From Narcine bancroftii (lineage: Eukaryota), in the NCBI RefSeq assembly GCF_036971445.1, contig NC_091472.1:298282001-298346000 (forward strand): DNA of 64,000 bases, given 5' to 3'. Under the pieces are notes generated by a model, which saw only the letters and a program-made list of their open reading frames with translations, ran no database searches and was not told where the DNA came from. The position numbers were made by a program, and so were the translations under genes. This document shows positions 28,442 to 41,384 of this stretch, piece by piece; positions within the stretch are counted from its first letter, which is position 1; every line of letters starts with the position of its first letter.

Positions 28442-28544
28442 AATTAATGGCATTAATTACTTTGTCTATACTGCTTAGCGCTCGCTTTGCTTTATTGATG
28501 ATGTGCTGATGCAATGGTCAGCCATTATGGAGTGTCAACATTTT

Positions 28545-28800
28545 TTAAATTTAATATTTACATTTTGACATACAGCATGGTACAGGCCCTTTTGGCCCAT
28601 GAGCCAGTGCTGCCCAATTATGCCCAATTGACCTACAACCCTGGTATGTTTTTGAAGGGTGGGAGGAAGTTGGAGCCCCTGGGGAAAATCCACGCAGACA
28701 CTGGGATAACAAACAAACTCCTTACACACAGCGTGGGATTCGAACCCCCGTCCTGATCGCTGGCGTTGTAACAGCATTGAGCTAACTGCTATGCCAATCG
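28545..28800 (-). mobile_element. tRNA-derived V-SINE/HE1-like SINE
   Basis: Minus strand has A-box tggcatagcagttag, B-box ggttcgaatcc, core gtgtctgcgtggattttcc and a CR1-like 3' end. Confidence 0.85.
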
Positions 28801-29987
28801 TTCTCTAGTATCTTGTCCAGTTTAAAAGATTTTAAAAGGTTAACATTTAGAATGTTTATTTTATATACCACTGGCATTATTTTAAACCCAGCAAGCATTA
28901 TTAGTGATCAGATGTAGCGTTGAAGCCTGAAAATTATGAAAAGGAAATAACAAGTAATTTGACTAAGTAACACCAAGGTTCATGATAGATCTGTTTATAG
29001 TGGTGGATGCCAAATGTCAACCTTCATGCTTCAATGCCTTTGCTTCCAATCAAAAGGGTGTTGGCATGCAAAACATGAAACCAGTGAGATGAAACAAAGG
29101 CTTTTCTGATGCAAAGGGAAAGAATCAGTCTTTCATTAAATTTAGCAATGTAATTTCCAAATTGCATTTCCTTTTTTTTACATGATCAAAGTTTGGCAAT
29201 GTTTTGGAATATCAATGCAAAATACCTGTTTCAGCTTTAACATTTCAGACTGACGTGCTTGGCAAATACTTGCTCACAATGCATTGTGCTATAATTTTTG
29301 ATTTGCACATAATTCGGAAATGGAGTGAACATTGGGATTGAGCAGAGAACCTCAATGTTTTGATTTCAAAATAAATCCCTTTTTGTTTTTACTGCTGTCA
29401 GAAGGACAAAAGAGTAAGCACTGCCTCAGTTTTTGGCAAACAATCTTCCAGTCACACATACTTAACAGAGTGTAGATCAGTGATCAGTGAACAATTATAA
29501 ATCCCAAATTTAGAGTTTCATTAAATACAACAGGTTGGAATGGTTAGGTAATTCATTATTGTTCCTTAACATCTATCCTAGCTATGTTCAGTACAATCTT
29601 TCAATTTTCTCTCTAAGTGATTCATTTAAATAATTGCTTAACATCACATGTATATTTTTTTTACCAACTTTTTGCTTTGTTAAAATGTTACCCTTTCACT
29701 GTAAAGGCAGTACAATTTTTAAACTTGTCGTAGTTACACCTCCAACTATCTCAATGGACCCACTTTATTTTAGAAACACCAGAAGTATGTCTGAAAGTAT
29801 TTTACAACTGTTATCTTTCTTTATATGCCACACTACTCCCAGTTAAGAAACTTACCATTTGTTTTAAGATGCACATCCTTAAACACAATCAAAAAGTCCG
29901 CTTACAATGAGAATTCTTTGTATGTTTCTGTCCGAATCTGGCTGAGGGAGCAGAAACTTAATAATTTAATGTTGTTGTTGTCCTCAG

Positions 29988-30090
29988 GGATATGGGAGAA
30001 GATGGAGATAGTCAGGGAGATGGTAGCAGTCAGCCAGATACTATTTCAATTGCATCAAGGACCTCGCAGAATACCATGGATAGTGATAAG
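29988..30090 (+). CDS. KALRN: Kalirin post-PH1 linker exon: (R)DMGEDGDSQGDGSSQPDTISIASRTSQNTMDSDK
   Basis: cctcag / gtagg, 103 nt, phase 2 to 0; in mammals this exon precedes the choice between the Kal7 terminal exon and the SH3 exon. Confidence 0.96.
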
Positions 30091-30684
30091 GTAGGTGCAA
30101 TTTCATGAAATCGACAGGTCTAGCATATAAATTTATCCACAATATTCTGGACATTGAAAATCCAGTAACCCCACATTAACTGCTGAATTATTATCTTCTG
30201 ATCTGCATATTCATGAGGTGAACCAAGTTTTTGTGAGAGTGTTGCTCAATATAGTTTGCTCTTCCTGTGGTGTATACTAAAACTTGTTTTCTGTGAGATG
30301 GATTGTATTTGATGCCTTGTGCTGTGAAGTAGTGAAATATCAATATTTAGTGTGTGCCCAGAGCCGAGGTCCAGAGTGTGGGCTGGAAGTGTGGTCCAAA
30401 TCAGATTGGAGACGGAAATGTAGGCAGATGCTTACAAACTCAAACATACAAGCTGAAACTTGCATGAAAATTGTTATCTCCATGCAGTGGTTAATCACTG
30501 AATGTTATTGTAGCCTTAGCATCATTGCCAGTGGTCATAGTGGCTCCCCAATTCTATTACTGGTGGGACTGTATCACAACCTTCAGACTTTAACTTGTGC
30601 AACATATCCATCTATCAATAATAACTATCAACCATGACTGGTATCAAACATGCATAAAATCTACATTGACGAAGATGATATCAA

Positions 30685-31895
30685 TATCTATGGAAGACTG
30701 GAGGGTAGCTAATGTTGTGCCTTTATTTAAGAAGGGCTGCTATGTTAAACCACAGAACTACTGGATGGTCAGCCTGATAGCATTGGTGGGAATGTTTCTA
30801 GTGAGGATAAATGAGGAACAAGATCTCTATGCATTTAGAAAGGCAAGGATTCTTTAAGAATAATTAACATGGCTTGTGTGTGGAAAATCCTGTCTCACAA
30901 ATTTGATAAAGTTCTTGGAAGAGGCATCCAAGAGGATTGATGGGAGTGGGCCAGTGGACATCAACTTTAGCAAGATCTTTGACAAGATCCTGGGTGGTAG
31001 ATTGTGATTCAGAATAAGATCGCCAATTGGTTACAAATTTGGTAGGAGTCAGAGGGTGATAGCAGAGATCTGTTTTTCAGATTAGAAGTTTGAACAGCAG
31101 GAATCAGTACTGGGTTCATTGCTGTTTGCCATATCCATTAACGAGTTAGATGAGAATATAATTGGCGTAGTTAGTAGTTTTGTGAGTGGCAGCAAAATTA
31201 CTAAAAGTTGCAACACGATCTAGTACAACTGGGAAAGTAGACCAAAGAATGCTAGGTGGAATTTAACTGTCTCAAGTGAGAGATGTTGCCTTTTGCAAGT
31301 TAATCCAGACAGAACTTGCACAGTAAATGGTTGGGCCGTGAGGAATATTGTACAACAAAAAGGCCTGGCGAAACAGCTGTATGATTTCCTGAATATGGAA
31401 ACACAAGTAGACAGGGCAAGAAGGAAAGTGTCTGCCATTCTTGCCTTCATTGGTCAAAGCATTGAGTACAAGAACTGGAATTCCATGTTACAATTTACAG
31501 GTGTTGATTTAACCACATTTAGAGTGTTGTGTGCATTTCTGGGCATTTAGCTGCAGGAAGGACGTAATTGAGCTGGAAAGGATGAAGAAATAATTCACAG
31601 AGATGTTATCAGGACAACAAAGCTTGAGTTGCAAGGAGAGACTGAGTAAAGGAAGTTGAAGGGTGACTTTATGGAGGTAAACAATATAATGAGGAGCGTA
31701 ACTAAGGTCAATGGTCCATCTTTTTCCCTGGATGTGAATATCTGAAACTTGAGGGGAAAGATTTAAGGATCAACTTGTACTCACAAAGTGTGGAGGTTAT
31801 ATGGAACATAAATGATATGGTTCAAGTATGCAACTTAGTTCGCATTGACGAGTTGGGCCAAAGGGTCAGTTTCCATGTTGTGTAACTTTATGACT
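30685..31895 (+). mobile_element. Degenerate CR1 RT fragment
   Basis: EDWRVANVVPLFKKG...NY..VSL; KSCLTNL; ILAFIGQSIEYK. Confidence 0.8.
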
Positions 31896-32365
31896 GCTTT
31901 TTCTCCTTTGAACTACTGGATTTCATGACTTGTGCACACTAGTGAGCAAATGTATGCACACTCCCCTTTCCTATCCATGCAAATAGAGAGTATTCCACCA
32001 CATATTTGGTGATGGTGGAAAAGCTTTGAGGTGTCAGAAGGTGAGTTGCTCACTGTGCAATATCCAGCCTATGACCTACTCTTGCAGTCACAATATTTAT
32101 GTCAGATTTCAGTTGAATTTCTGGTCAATTTGTGATGAAAATCTTACTTGCCACTTATCAGTCCATGCTGAATATCCATATCAATGCTATAAACATATTG
32201 ATTCCCCTCAGAAATCTACCATGAGCGGTGATGGAAACTAAAAACAATGGCTTTGATTTTCCAAATATTTATTTAAAGGACATTTCTACTTTTCCAATGC
32301 TGAATGTGAGACAATTAGCCCAATGGCATAGAGCTAGTGTTTGAGAGGTAGAACTCAGGCTTAGA

Positions 32366-35300
32366 CCATATAAGGCCATAAGATATAGGAGCAGAAGTAG
32401 GCTATTCAGCCTGTTTGGTCTACCCCATGAGGTGATCCATTTACCCACTCAGCCCCACTGCCTGGCCTTCCCATAATCTTTGATGCCCTGACTAATCCTA
32501 TCAATCTCTCCATTAAATACATCCAATAACTTGGCCTCCACAACCGCCTATGGCAACAAATTCCACAGATTTATCCCCCTCTGGCTGAAGAAATACCTCC
32601 TTCTAAGTGGCTGCCCTTTTATCCTTTAGTTGTGCACTCTTGTCCTAGACTCTCCTACCATGGGGAAATAACTTTTCTCCATCTACTCTGTCCATGTCTT
32701 TCAACATTTGAAATGTTTCAATGAGATCCCCTTCATTCTCTTAAATTCCAATGAGTACAGGCCAAGAGCTTTCAAACACTCCTCATATAACCCTTTCATT
32801 CCTCAATCAGAGACTCATTTAAGCACTCTTACCTATGCACTTTATTGATTTTCTTTTTGTTCTCTCTGTATTGCAGTCAGTTTGTTTACATTTGTTACCT
32901 GTTAACAGTTCTTTTGATTGTTTACGCTGTGTACAGTTTATTTTTTGGACTATCATTTAGTGGTGATTCTCCTGTGCCTGCAGAATAAAGGAATCTCAGG
33001 GTTGTATGTGATGTCATGTATGTACTCAGACAATAAATCTGAAATATGCGACACCTTGTCAAAGGCCTTCAGAAAATCCAAATACACAATATCAACTGCA
33101 TCTGCTTTATCTAGCCTGCTTGTCACTTCTTCAAAGAATTCCAATAGGTTTGTCAACCAACATTTTCCCTTAAAGAAACTATGCTGGCTTTGACCTCCAT
33201 GTAATCTGTAACCTCATCCTTGATAATTAACTCCAACATCTTCACAACCACTGACATCAGGTTAACAGTTCTATAATTTCCTTTCTGTTGCCTCCTCCCT
33301 TGAATAGTGGGGTGACATTTGCAATTTTCCGGTCCTCTGGGACATTACCATAATCTAGTGATTTCTGAAAGATCCTTACCAGTGCCTCCACTGTTATTTC
33401 TTTCAGAACCTGAGGGTGCAATCCATCTAGTCCAGGAGAGTTATCTAACCTTAGACCATTCAGCATTCTGAGCATCCTCTCCCTTGAAATAGTAACTGCA
33501 CTCAATTCCATTCCTTAATATCCTTCGACATCTGATACGGTGGTAATGACTTCCACAGTGAAGACTGATGCAAAATACTCATTTAGTTCCTCTGTCATCT
33601 CCTTGTCTCCCATTATTATTTCTCTACCATCTTTTGCTTGTGGTTGTATATCTACTCCCATCTCTCTTTTACACTTTATATTCTTGAAGCTTTTTGTATC
33701 TTCTTTGATATACTTTCATATTTCATCTTTTTCCCTTCTTATGAGTTTTTAGTTACCTTCTGCAAGTTTTTAAAAACTCCCAATTCCTCGACCTTCCCAC
33801 TAATTTTTGCTTCCTTGAATGCCCTCTTTTTGGCTTTTACGTTGGCTTTAACTTTGCTTGTGATATTTGTCCATTTGAATATTTTCTCCTTTTTGCTGTG
33901 TATTCTGCACTTTATTCATTTCTTGTTTTCCCTTCTAATCCCCCCATCCAATCTACTTTGGTTAGTTCCACTCTCATGCCACTGTAATTTCCTTTACTCC
34001 ACTAAACTATTGTCACATTTGACTTTAGTTTCTCCGTGTTAAATCTGAAATTTAGCTTGTTCATGTTGTGATCACTATCCTCTAATGGTTCATTTACTCT
34101 AAGCTCTCTAATCACCTCTGGTGCATTAGACAACATGTAATCCAGTACATCTGATCCTTATCAGTAAGAAGTTCTAAAACACCATCTCATAGGCTTTCTA
34201 CAAATTCTCTCTTGAGACCCAGTCCCAACCTGGGTTTTCTAATCTATTTGCATGTTAAAATCCACATGACTACCAGAGCATTGCCCTTCTCACACACCTT
34301 TTCTCTTTGCTTTTGTAATTTGTTGTCCACATTCTGGCTATTAGTTGGAAGTCGACATGTAACTGCCAACAATGTATTTTTATCCTTGCCATTTCTTAAC
34401 TAAACTTACAATGATTCAATATCTTTTGATACATGTCACTTCTTTCTAATGATTTAACATTGTTCCTTACCAACAGAGCCAAACCACCCCCTCTGATTAT
34501 CTGCCTATCCTTTCAATGCACTGTGTATCCCAGAGCATTAAGCTCCCATTGATATCCATATTATAGCCACAATTCCATAATAATCACATCTGCCAGTATG
34601 TAGCTGTATTATAAGGTAGTCAACTTCACTTCTTATGCTGCCTGGATTTAAATACAAAATCCTTTCCCCTTTATTTGTCACATTTGACTCTGTGTCCCTG
34701 TTGCATTACAACATCCTGTTGGCTGTGATTTTGCCCCATCTGCCTGTCCTTTCACATAAACTCCCTACCAACTGTCCCTGCTTATGCGCCAATCACCTCC
34801 TCTTCTGCCTCTTTCTTTGGTTTCCAACTCCCCCCCCCCCCCATGAATCTAGTTTAAACCCTCTGCCCCCTCCCCCAACAACATTAAGAAACCTCCTTGT
34901 GAATTCCCCTCACCTTCATTTTCAATCCCTCCCAATTGTACAGGTCAACCCTTCCCCAGAAAAAGTTCCAATAAAATCCAAGAACTTGAAACCCTGTCCA
35001 ATGCACCATTTCTTCAACCGCACATTTATCTACACTATCTTCCTGTTCTGATCTTCCTTATCTCATGGCACCAGGTCTAATCCAGAGATTGCCACCTTCA
35101 AGGTCCTGCTCTTCAGCTTCTTCAACTTACTGTTCAGGACCTCTGCCCCACTTCTGCCTATATCATTGGTGCCAATATGTACCATTACTTCTGGCTGCTT
35201 ACACTCCCCTTTAAAAATATTCGGCACCTGTTCAGAGACATCTGGACCTGAGCACCTGGAAGACAATGCACTATCCTGGAGTCTCTTTTACTGCTGCAGA

Positions 35301-35760
35301 ATCTTCTGTCTGTTCCCCTGACTGAGTCCCTTATGATGATCATTTTACCTGACTTTACCTTTCCCTTTGGAGACTTAGACCTGACCATGGTGATATTGAT
35401 CCACCTGCTGTCTGGCCCAGATAAATCATACCCCTCAGCTGTATCCAAAGGGATATACTTGTTTCTGAGGTGAATGGCCACAAGGGTACCCTGCATTTCC
35501 TGCCTATTCCCTTTCCCTCTCCTGATTGTCATCTAACAACCTCCTCCTGCCTTCTAAGTATGATTGTATTCCTGTGACTCCTGTCTATCATCCCCTCAGC
35601 CTCCCGAATGATCTGGAGTTCATTCAACTCCAGCTCCCATTCCCTAATACGGCCTGTGAGGTGTTGCCGTTGGATGTACTTCTCACAGATGAAGTTATCA
35701 GGGATACCGTTGATTTCCCTGTCTATTTGCATTTTGCAAGCAGAACATGTATATAAAAAG
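32366..35760 (-). mobile_element. Near full-length degenerate CR1 (ORF1 zinc finger/esterase + ORF2), with a Rex1 3'-end insertion at about 32810-33045
   Basis: ORF1 CSAC..FICEK, DSVRGTDRRFC, CLPGA, VHIGTND; ORF2 SPGLDGLHPQVLKE, TNLLEFFEEVT...VYLDFLKAFDKV. Confidence 0.88.
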
Positions 35761-36084
35761 TAAATGGGGAAAAAAGGATACTCAAGGACATGAATAAAAA
35801 TGCTGCATGTCCAGAAAGAGCTACAACTCAAAAAGTAGGATTAGAACCAAGAGTGACCGGTCCCACCCAGATTGATAAGAGATGAGAAACGTTGAATAGT
35901 AAACTGTAATCAACAGGTCAAAGACTCCAAAGAAGTGGGGAAGGATGAGAAATAATAGATATTTTTTAACAAAATCACAGGATATCATTTGTGACTTTGA
36001 AAGAATATGTTTTGATTCTATGGCAGAGGTAGGAACAGTAAACCGCAGGACACTAAGACCAAGCAAGGGAAAAAGCATTCCAAA

Positions 36085-36310
36085 TTTAAATTAGGCATAC
36101 TGCACTGTAACAGACCCTTTCAGTGCACAAACACGTACTGCCCAAACACACCTACAACCACCGTACATTTTGAAAGGGTGGGAGGAAATCAGAACACTCA
36201 TGGGGAAAACCCGTGCAAGTACAGGGAGAATGTACGTGCTTCTTACAGTCAGTGCGGAATTCGAGCCCAGCTCACTTGCACTAATAGTGTGGCGCTAACC
36301 ACTACACTTT
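36085..36310 (-). mobile_element. tRNA-derived V-SINE/HE1-like SINE
   Basis: Same family as 28545-28800, more diverged. Confidence 0.7.
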
Positions 36311-36969
36311 CCCACCAAGATTCACTGCAGTTTCTTGCAAAGGCTTCTTTATAAAGTCCTTCCTTAGCTACCCAGAAGAGGAAAGCCAGCATTCAAGCAG
36401 GAAATCTGCAAAATACAATTTCCTGTCCAAATTGGAAATTATTTTCACTTGATCTTGTTTTTGCTCTTTCTTCTCCATTGCTGGATCCAAATCCTGGTGA
36501 ACAGTTTTGTGAGAAATTCTTCACTAGGTGTAGCAATTAAAGATAAGCAAAATTTCAGCCTTCCTAGCAACATTCATTCCAATAAATGAACTTATTAATA
36601 AAAATGAAGAATTTGTATGAGTCATTTCACTCCGATAGTAAGAAAGTGATTTATCATTAACATGTTATTTCCATATTAACAAAAGAGTACTTTGGAACTA
36701 GAACATGGAATAAATCCAGCCTAGTACCTTTTAGATTATCCAAGATCTTATTGGAAAAGCGTCACTCTGGCACATTTAACAATTTTCCAAAATTGAACTT
36801 TAACAGTATGTAAAGAATTTTTTATTTTGTGAAATCTTGCACTTTAGCTCCCTATGTCTGGTAGATTACACTGGATGAGATACAAAGTGATTAAATCAAA
36901 GTCAAAACTGGTGAGTGATAGCATTTAAAGTTAATGCAGCTGACTGACCAACTTTTATGAGTTGTATGT

Positions 36970-37400
36970 TCTTTTTCAATAGTTTGATTGGATTTTACAG
37001 AAATACTACATAAATAACAGTCATTTTTCAAAGGTAATAAGGAATATACAGAAAAAAGTTATATAAGAAAAATAAAACTATTATATATAAACTCAATATC
37101 ATTACAGTCAAACAGAAAAAAAATGTAAAAAACACTTAAACAGTTACCACATATGGCTAATTGAAAAAGACTTAAAAAAAAACTATTATATCATAGAAAT
37201 TCTAATCCCTTCCCCCCTGAAGTTATCTGGTAAGTACAAATGATTACACTACTATTAAAAGAAGCCACTAATTTACAAACTAAGTGATCTTATAAATTGT
37301 GAAAAAAAATTGATAAAAGGACCCTATAGTCTTAGAAAATTAAACATCTGATTTTTTCCAAAGTTAGGCATGCCATCATATTGGATAACCATTGATAGTA
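36970..37400 (-). mobile_element. Old L1 3' remnant
   Basis: A-rich antisense 3' UTR layout resembling 57700-58640. Confidence 0.4.
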
Positions 37401-37699
37401 AGAAGTGGTAAGTTAATATTATTATTTAATGTTTTGACCTACATTGTGTAAGAGATGAAAATGGGCTGGTTTATTGGTGGTAAGCATACATGGTTTTAAA
37501 AATCTGTTGTGGTAAGTAATGTAGAAAAATTATATTTCTTAAAATGGGTCATAACTTGCAATCCAGGGTTTCTTTGAGTTTCAGATTAGAAATGCAACAT
37601 GGTAAGAGGCCCTTCCAAATGCACTACCCAACTGCACCCAGGTTAAGCACTATTCACAAATTCCAGGAAACAAAGGCATATGCATCTTCAAGCAAAGAC

Positions 37700-38830
37700 A
37701 TTAAAATAAAATGCTGCAGATACTGGAAATTTGGAAAAAAAAATCAGTAAATTCTGGAAATGCTGAGCAGATTTGGCAACTTTTCTGGAGAAACAGGGTT
37801 AACATTTCAGGTTGATGACTATTCATCAGTTAAAGAAGCTTTAAGATGCAGGCAAAGCGGGAGGTAGGGAAGAGACAGGTAAAAAGATTTGTAAAGGGGG
37901 ATTCAAAGACAAAGGGATGCTAGTATAAGCCAAAAAAGGGACAGTATGCAGTGAACTGGGATTTACCCCCATCTGCTCACATATATCCATGGTTTCCTGC
38001 CTCAACCCAGAACCTTTCTGAAGACCACTGTGAAGCCCTACCCTTAGTTATAAGCTAATAAAAGTGTTTGTTCTCCCTCCAGTTGTGAAAAGTTTTATTC
38101 ACGCTACATAGTAAAAGATTTGTATTTGGCTTCATCCTGGCGGTGGAGGCCAAAGACATACAGGTGCCCAGGTGTATTCTGAATAGCGATGACTATGTTA
38201 TAATTTGAACTTGTAAATAGTGTATAACTGAAGTTCTTTAATATTAACGTGATTTCTTGTAATCACTGAATGAACCATCTTTGTTAAAGGGAACAAAGGA
38301 CATGTGTATAATGTGAGTATGGTGAGTGAATTTAAAATGGGTTGCAACCAGGAGCTCAAGGTGACCATTGCTCACAGGTACTCAGCAAAGAGATCACTTC
38401 GCCTGCACTTGATCTCACCAATATAGAGAAGGCCACATCAAGAGCAATGAATGCAATTGCCAAAATTGAAGGAGGTGTATGTCTCACCTGGAAAAAATAT
38501 TTAGGTCCTCAGATGGAGGTGAGTAAGAAGGTGTAGGGAGAGGTGTTGCACCTTCCACGGTTGCAAGGTTTCGTGGAGATGGGTATAGATAGGTGGGGAG
38601 GGAATCATGGAAAGAGTGGTCCCTGCAAAAAGCAGTTGATGAAGGAAGGTGTAACTGGTGGTGGAATAGTGTTAAAGTTGGAAAAAATGACAAAGAATAA
38701 TGTGCTGAATGTGGAAGCTGGTAAGATGAAAGACATGGACCAAAGGAATTCTATGTCTGTTCTGTTTGGGGAGAGGCAGGATGAGAGCAGAAATGGGGGA
38801 GATGCAGGTGAGGAATGGTGTCAAGTTGAT
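37700..38830 (-). mobile_element. Penelope-like element remnant (terminal repeat + GIY-YIG fragment), interrupted
   Basis: Minus-strand PCNRGRC..PY, GPK.FFQV, CGLLYIGEIKCR...FAEYL (GIY-YIG); terminal repeat with CTGATGA..GAAA at 37805-37829. Confidence 0.75.
37947..38108 (+). mobile_element. Short, internally deleted solo LTR
   Basis: TGcAGtGAA...TTCACGCTACA termini; AATAAA near 38057; TSD cagta/tagta. Confidence 0.5.
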
Positions 38831-41384
38831 TAATTTTGAATTGATTGCCTTTACCAGTATAAAAGCTCTAAAATAAACATCCAAAATAAACCATAATCTT
38901 CAGAAGAGAAATGTTGAAAAAATAAGGTTTAAAAAAAAAGGGATTTTTAAAAGGAACCTTTTCATTTTCATTCATAAGTGTCAATGCTTTCCCAGTTACT
39001 GTAGTACAGTGGCAAAAATCATAGTTACATGAAAAAAAATATTGAAGTGCATGTGACAAGATACCAAAATAACATTATGGAAGAAAAACATTGTTGCTGA
39101 ATACAAAATAATCGTAGAAAAAGGATGTGAATAGATGAAAGAATTAATACAAGGCATAACTGTCATAAGTGACTCCAAAATTAGTTACGGCCCATTAGTA
39201 TTTATTCACACAACTGAAAATGTGTCATATGCATTAGTTATAGCAATGCATGGCTAGATTTAATCAGGTTTCAAAACTGCAATTAAACAAATTATTACCA
39301 AGATTCTTTTTAAATCTTATTGTCATATTGTAATCAACAACTCATGTGGATCAGACATGTTCCTCATTTTATGAAGTCTCTTCAGAAAGAACATTTTATT
39401 CAGTCAAACACAGCTATCGAAGCAGCTTCTGTTTAATTAGCAGACAAAACCTATACAAGTCCTTCAAGGACAACAATTTTCTTTTCCTTTTTTAGATGGA
39501 TGTGAAGGAGCAGAAAAGACTTTCTCTAGAAGTTTGGGAGATAAGGGATTTCAGTTACAAATGTAGACTGTGAAGTTTGGGTTGTACAAAGAATTTTAAG
39601 AGTAGATTTGTAGAAATGCCAATATTGTTTAAATAGCATGAATTGAGGAAGTTGTTCACTTAACCAGGTGGTTTAGGATGTCTCTTTAACATTTTAGGCA
39701 AAATATACAGAATAAGGAAAAACTATTTTATACAAAGTCATTGTGGCGTTGAATTCACCGTCCGCAAGAATGATGGAAACAAAATCAAGTAACTTCCAAA
39801 AAGAATTAGATAGGAACAGAAGGAAGAATTATTTTTACTGTTATGGGAAAGCATAGAGGAGTGAATTGACTGAATTCTACTACTAGGAACTAACTCACTT
39901 GACTCAGTCGGGCAATGATCTCCTTCTGTGCTACAGCATTATTAACTGGGAAGATAGCAATTATTACAAGGTCCATGCTGTGGCTGATGTTGGTGAACTA
40001 CCTTCTGATTATAACTGTTTGGCATCTTTTTTCGTGGCTAAATGCTGGTGTTGAAAAGAATTCCTACAAAAGGATGTGATACATTGCCAAAGCTGGAACT
40101 TGTCAGCTGACAATTTCAAAGCCAAGCATAGAAATTAATTTGCTTTTCAATGAAATTGAAGGTCAACAGTGCTGCATATGGGTGAATATATTTTTAGAAA
40201 CGTTAAGGAAGCATGAGCAATAAATTATGTTAAGCTGAAGTTTCCTCAGTTAGTGGGAAAAGAATGTAATTTATTTCCAGAACATTCATAATTGAGATGC
40301 TGGAAAATATAAAGTCAAGGAATTATTGAAAGTTCCACAATCCCTGCAAATTTGCTGCCAGGTCCACTAAAGAGTCTCTCGGGCTAATGCGTGGAGTAGT
40401 TTTGATGGGTACAGCAGCATCCAACAGTGTTTCACACCAACTTTGTTACCATTCCTATGATATTGGTCCATGTATGCTTGGCTTTCAGAGCTGAACCCAC
40501 ATCAGCGACGTAGAAGCAATCCTTCATCAAGTGTGGAAGATCTGCATAATCACTGCAGGGATCGTGCCATGTAGATCTGAAACCATGCACTCTGATTCTG
40601 GGCATTTGTTTAAGATGGACCGTGTTAATCTCTCCCAGCAGCTTCCTTTCTCCACTCCTATCAAAAACAATCACAGCTCCTCTGAAAACCACTGCTATTA
40701 ATGATGAAGCATTAATCTCAACATTCTAAACAACTCCCCTGCTTCCTTCTTCCACAAAATTTCATGATTTCTTCCCCAGTGACTCTGGAATTTGACTTGC
40801 ATCTTATCAATTTCTCTTTGTATGTTTGCATGACAGAGCACGCACAGGAAAGGTCTTCAGAATTTACACAGAGTACCATTCAATACCTTGAGCCTCAGGC
40901 TCCCACAGAATTTTGCAACAGCAGATATTTGAGCAAAGCACGGGTTAGTCTGCTGCCACAACCTGTTTAACTTATTCAAACATCAACTTCTCAACCAACA
41001 AATCTGCCTGCAAAAATAAATAAATAAATAGATAGAGCCCTCATTCAATTTATTTAATTCCTGAATCCAAAGTCAAGAGGATGTGTGGGGGACTGTGTTG
41101 GTCTTGGCGAAATTACAAATGGGCAGCAGATATCGTATTGACATTTCCACAGCATATAATGATGGATCAAGGGAAAATCATAGACTGGATTATGATGCCT
41201 ATGTTCACCGCCATAAACTTGTGCAACTGTCAACAACAAAAAGATTTTCAGAAGCACCCATCTGAAAACCAGGGACATATTGCATTTTTAGAAGCAGTTT
41301 TCAGCCTTTTCCAGTGCACTTAAACTACATTCACTTGATCTGATATGAATTTAATTTTTTTTTGTTGAAAAAGTATTTTCCCTG

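Noticed and set aside
28735-28800. tRNA gene
   Set aside because: The A/B boxes are the head of a SINE; there is no full cloverleaf and it continues into the SINE core.
39496-39572. Possible exon after ttttttag (MDVKEQKRL...)
   Set aside because: It runs into decayed CR1-like 3' sequence and has no Kalirin similarity.
40432-40692. DCFYVADVG resembling ornithine decarboxylase DAFYVADLG
   Set aside because: Similarity is limited to about 9 residues; no PFYAVKCN follows in the frames I checked.
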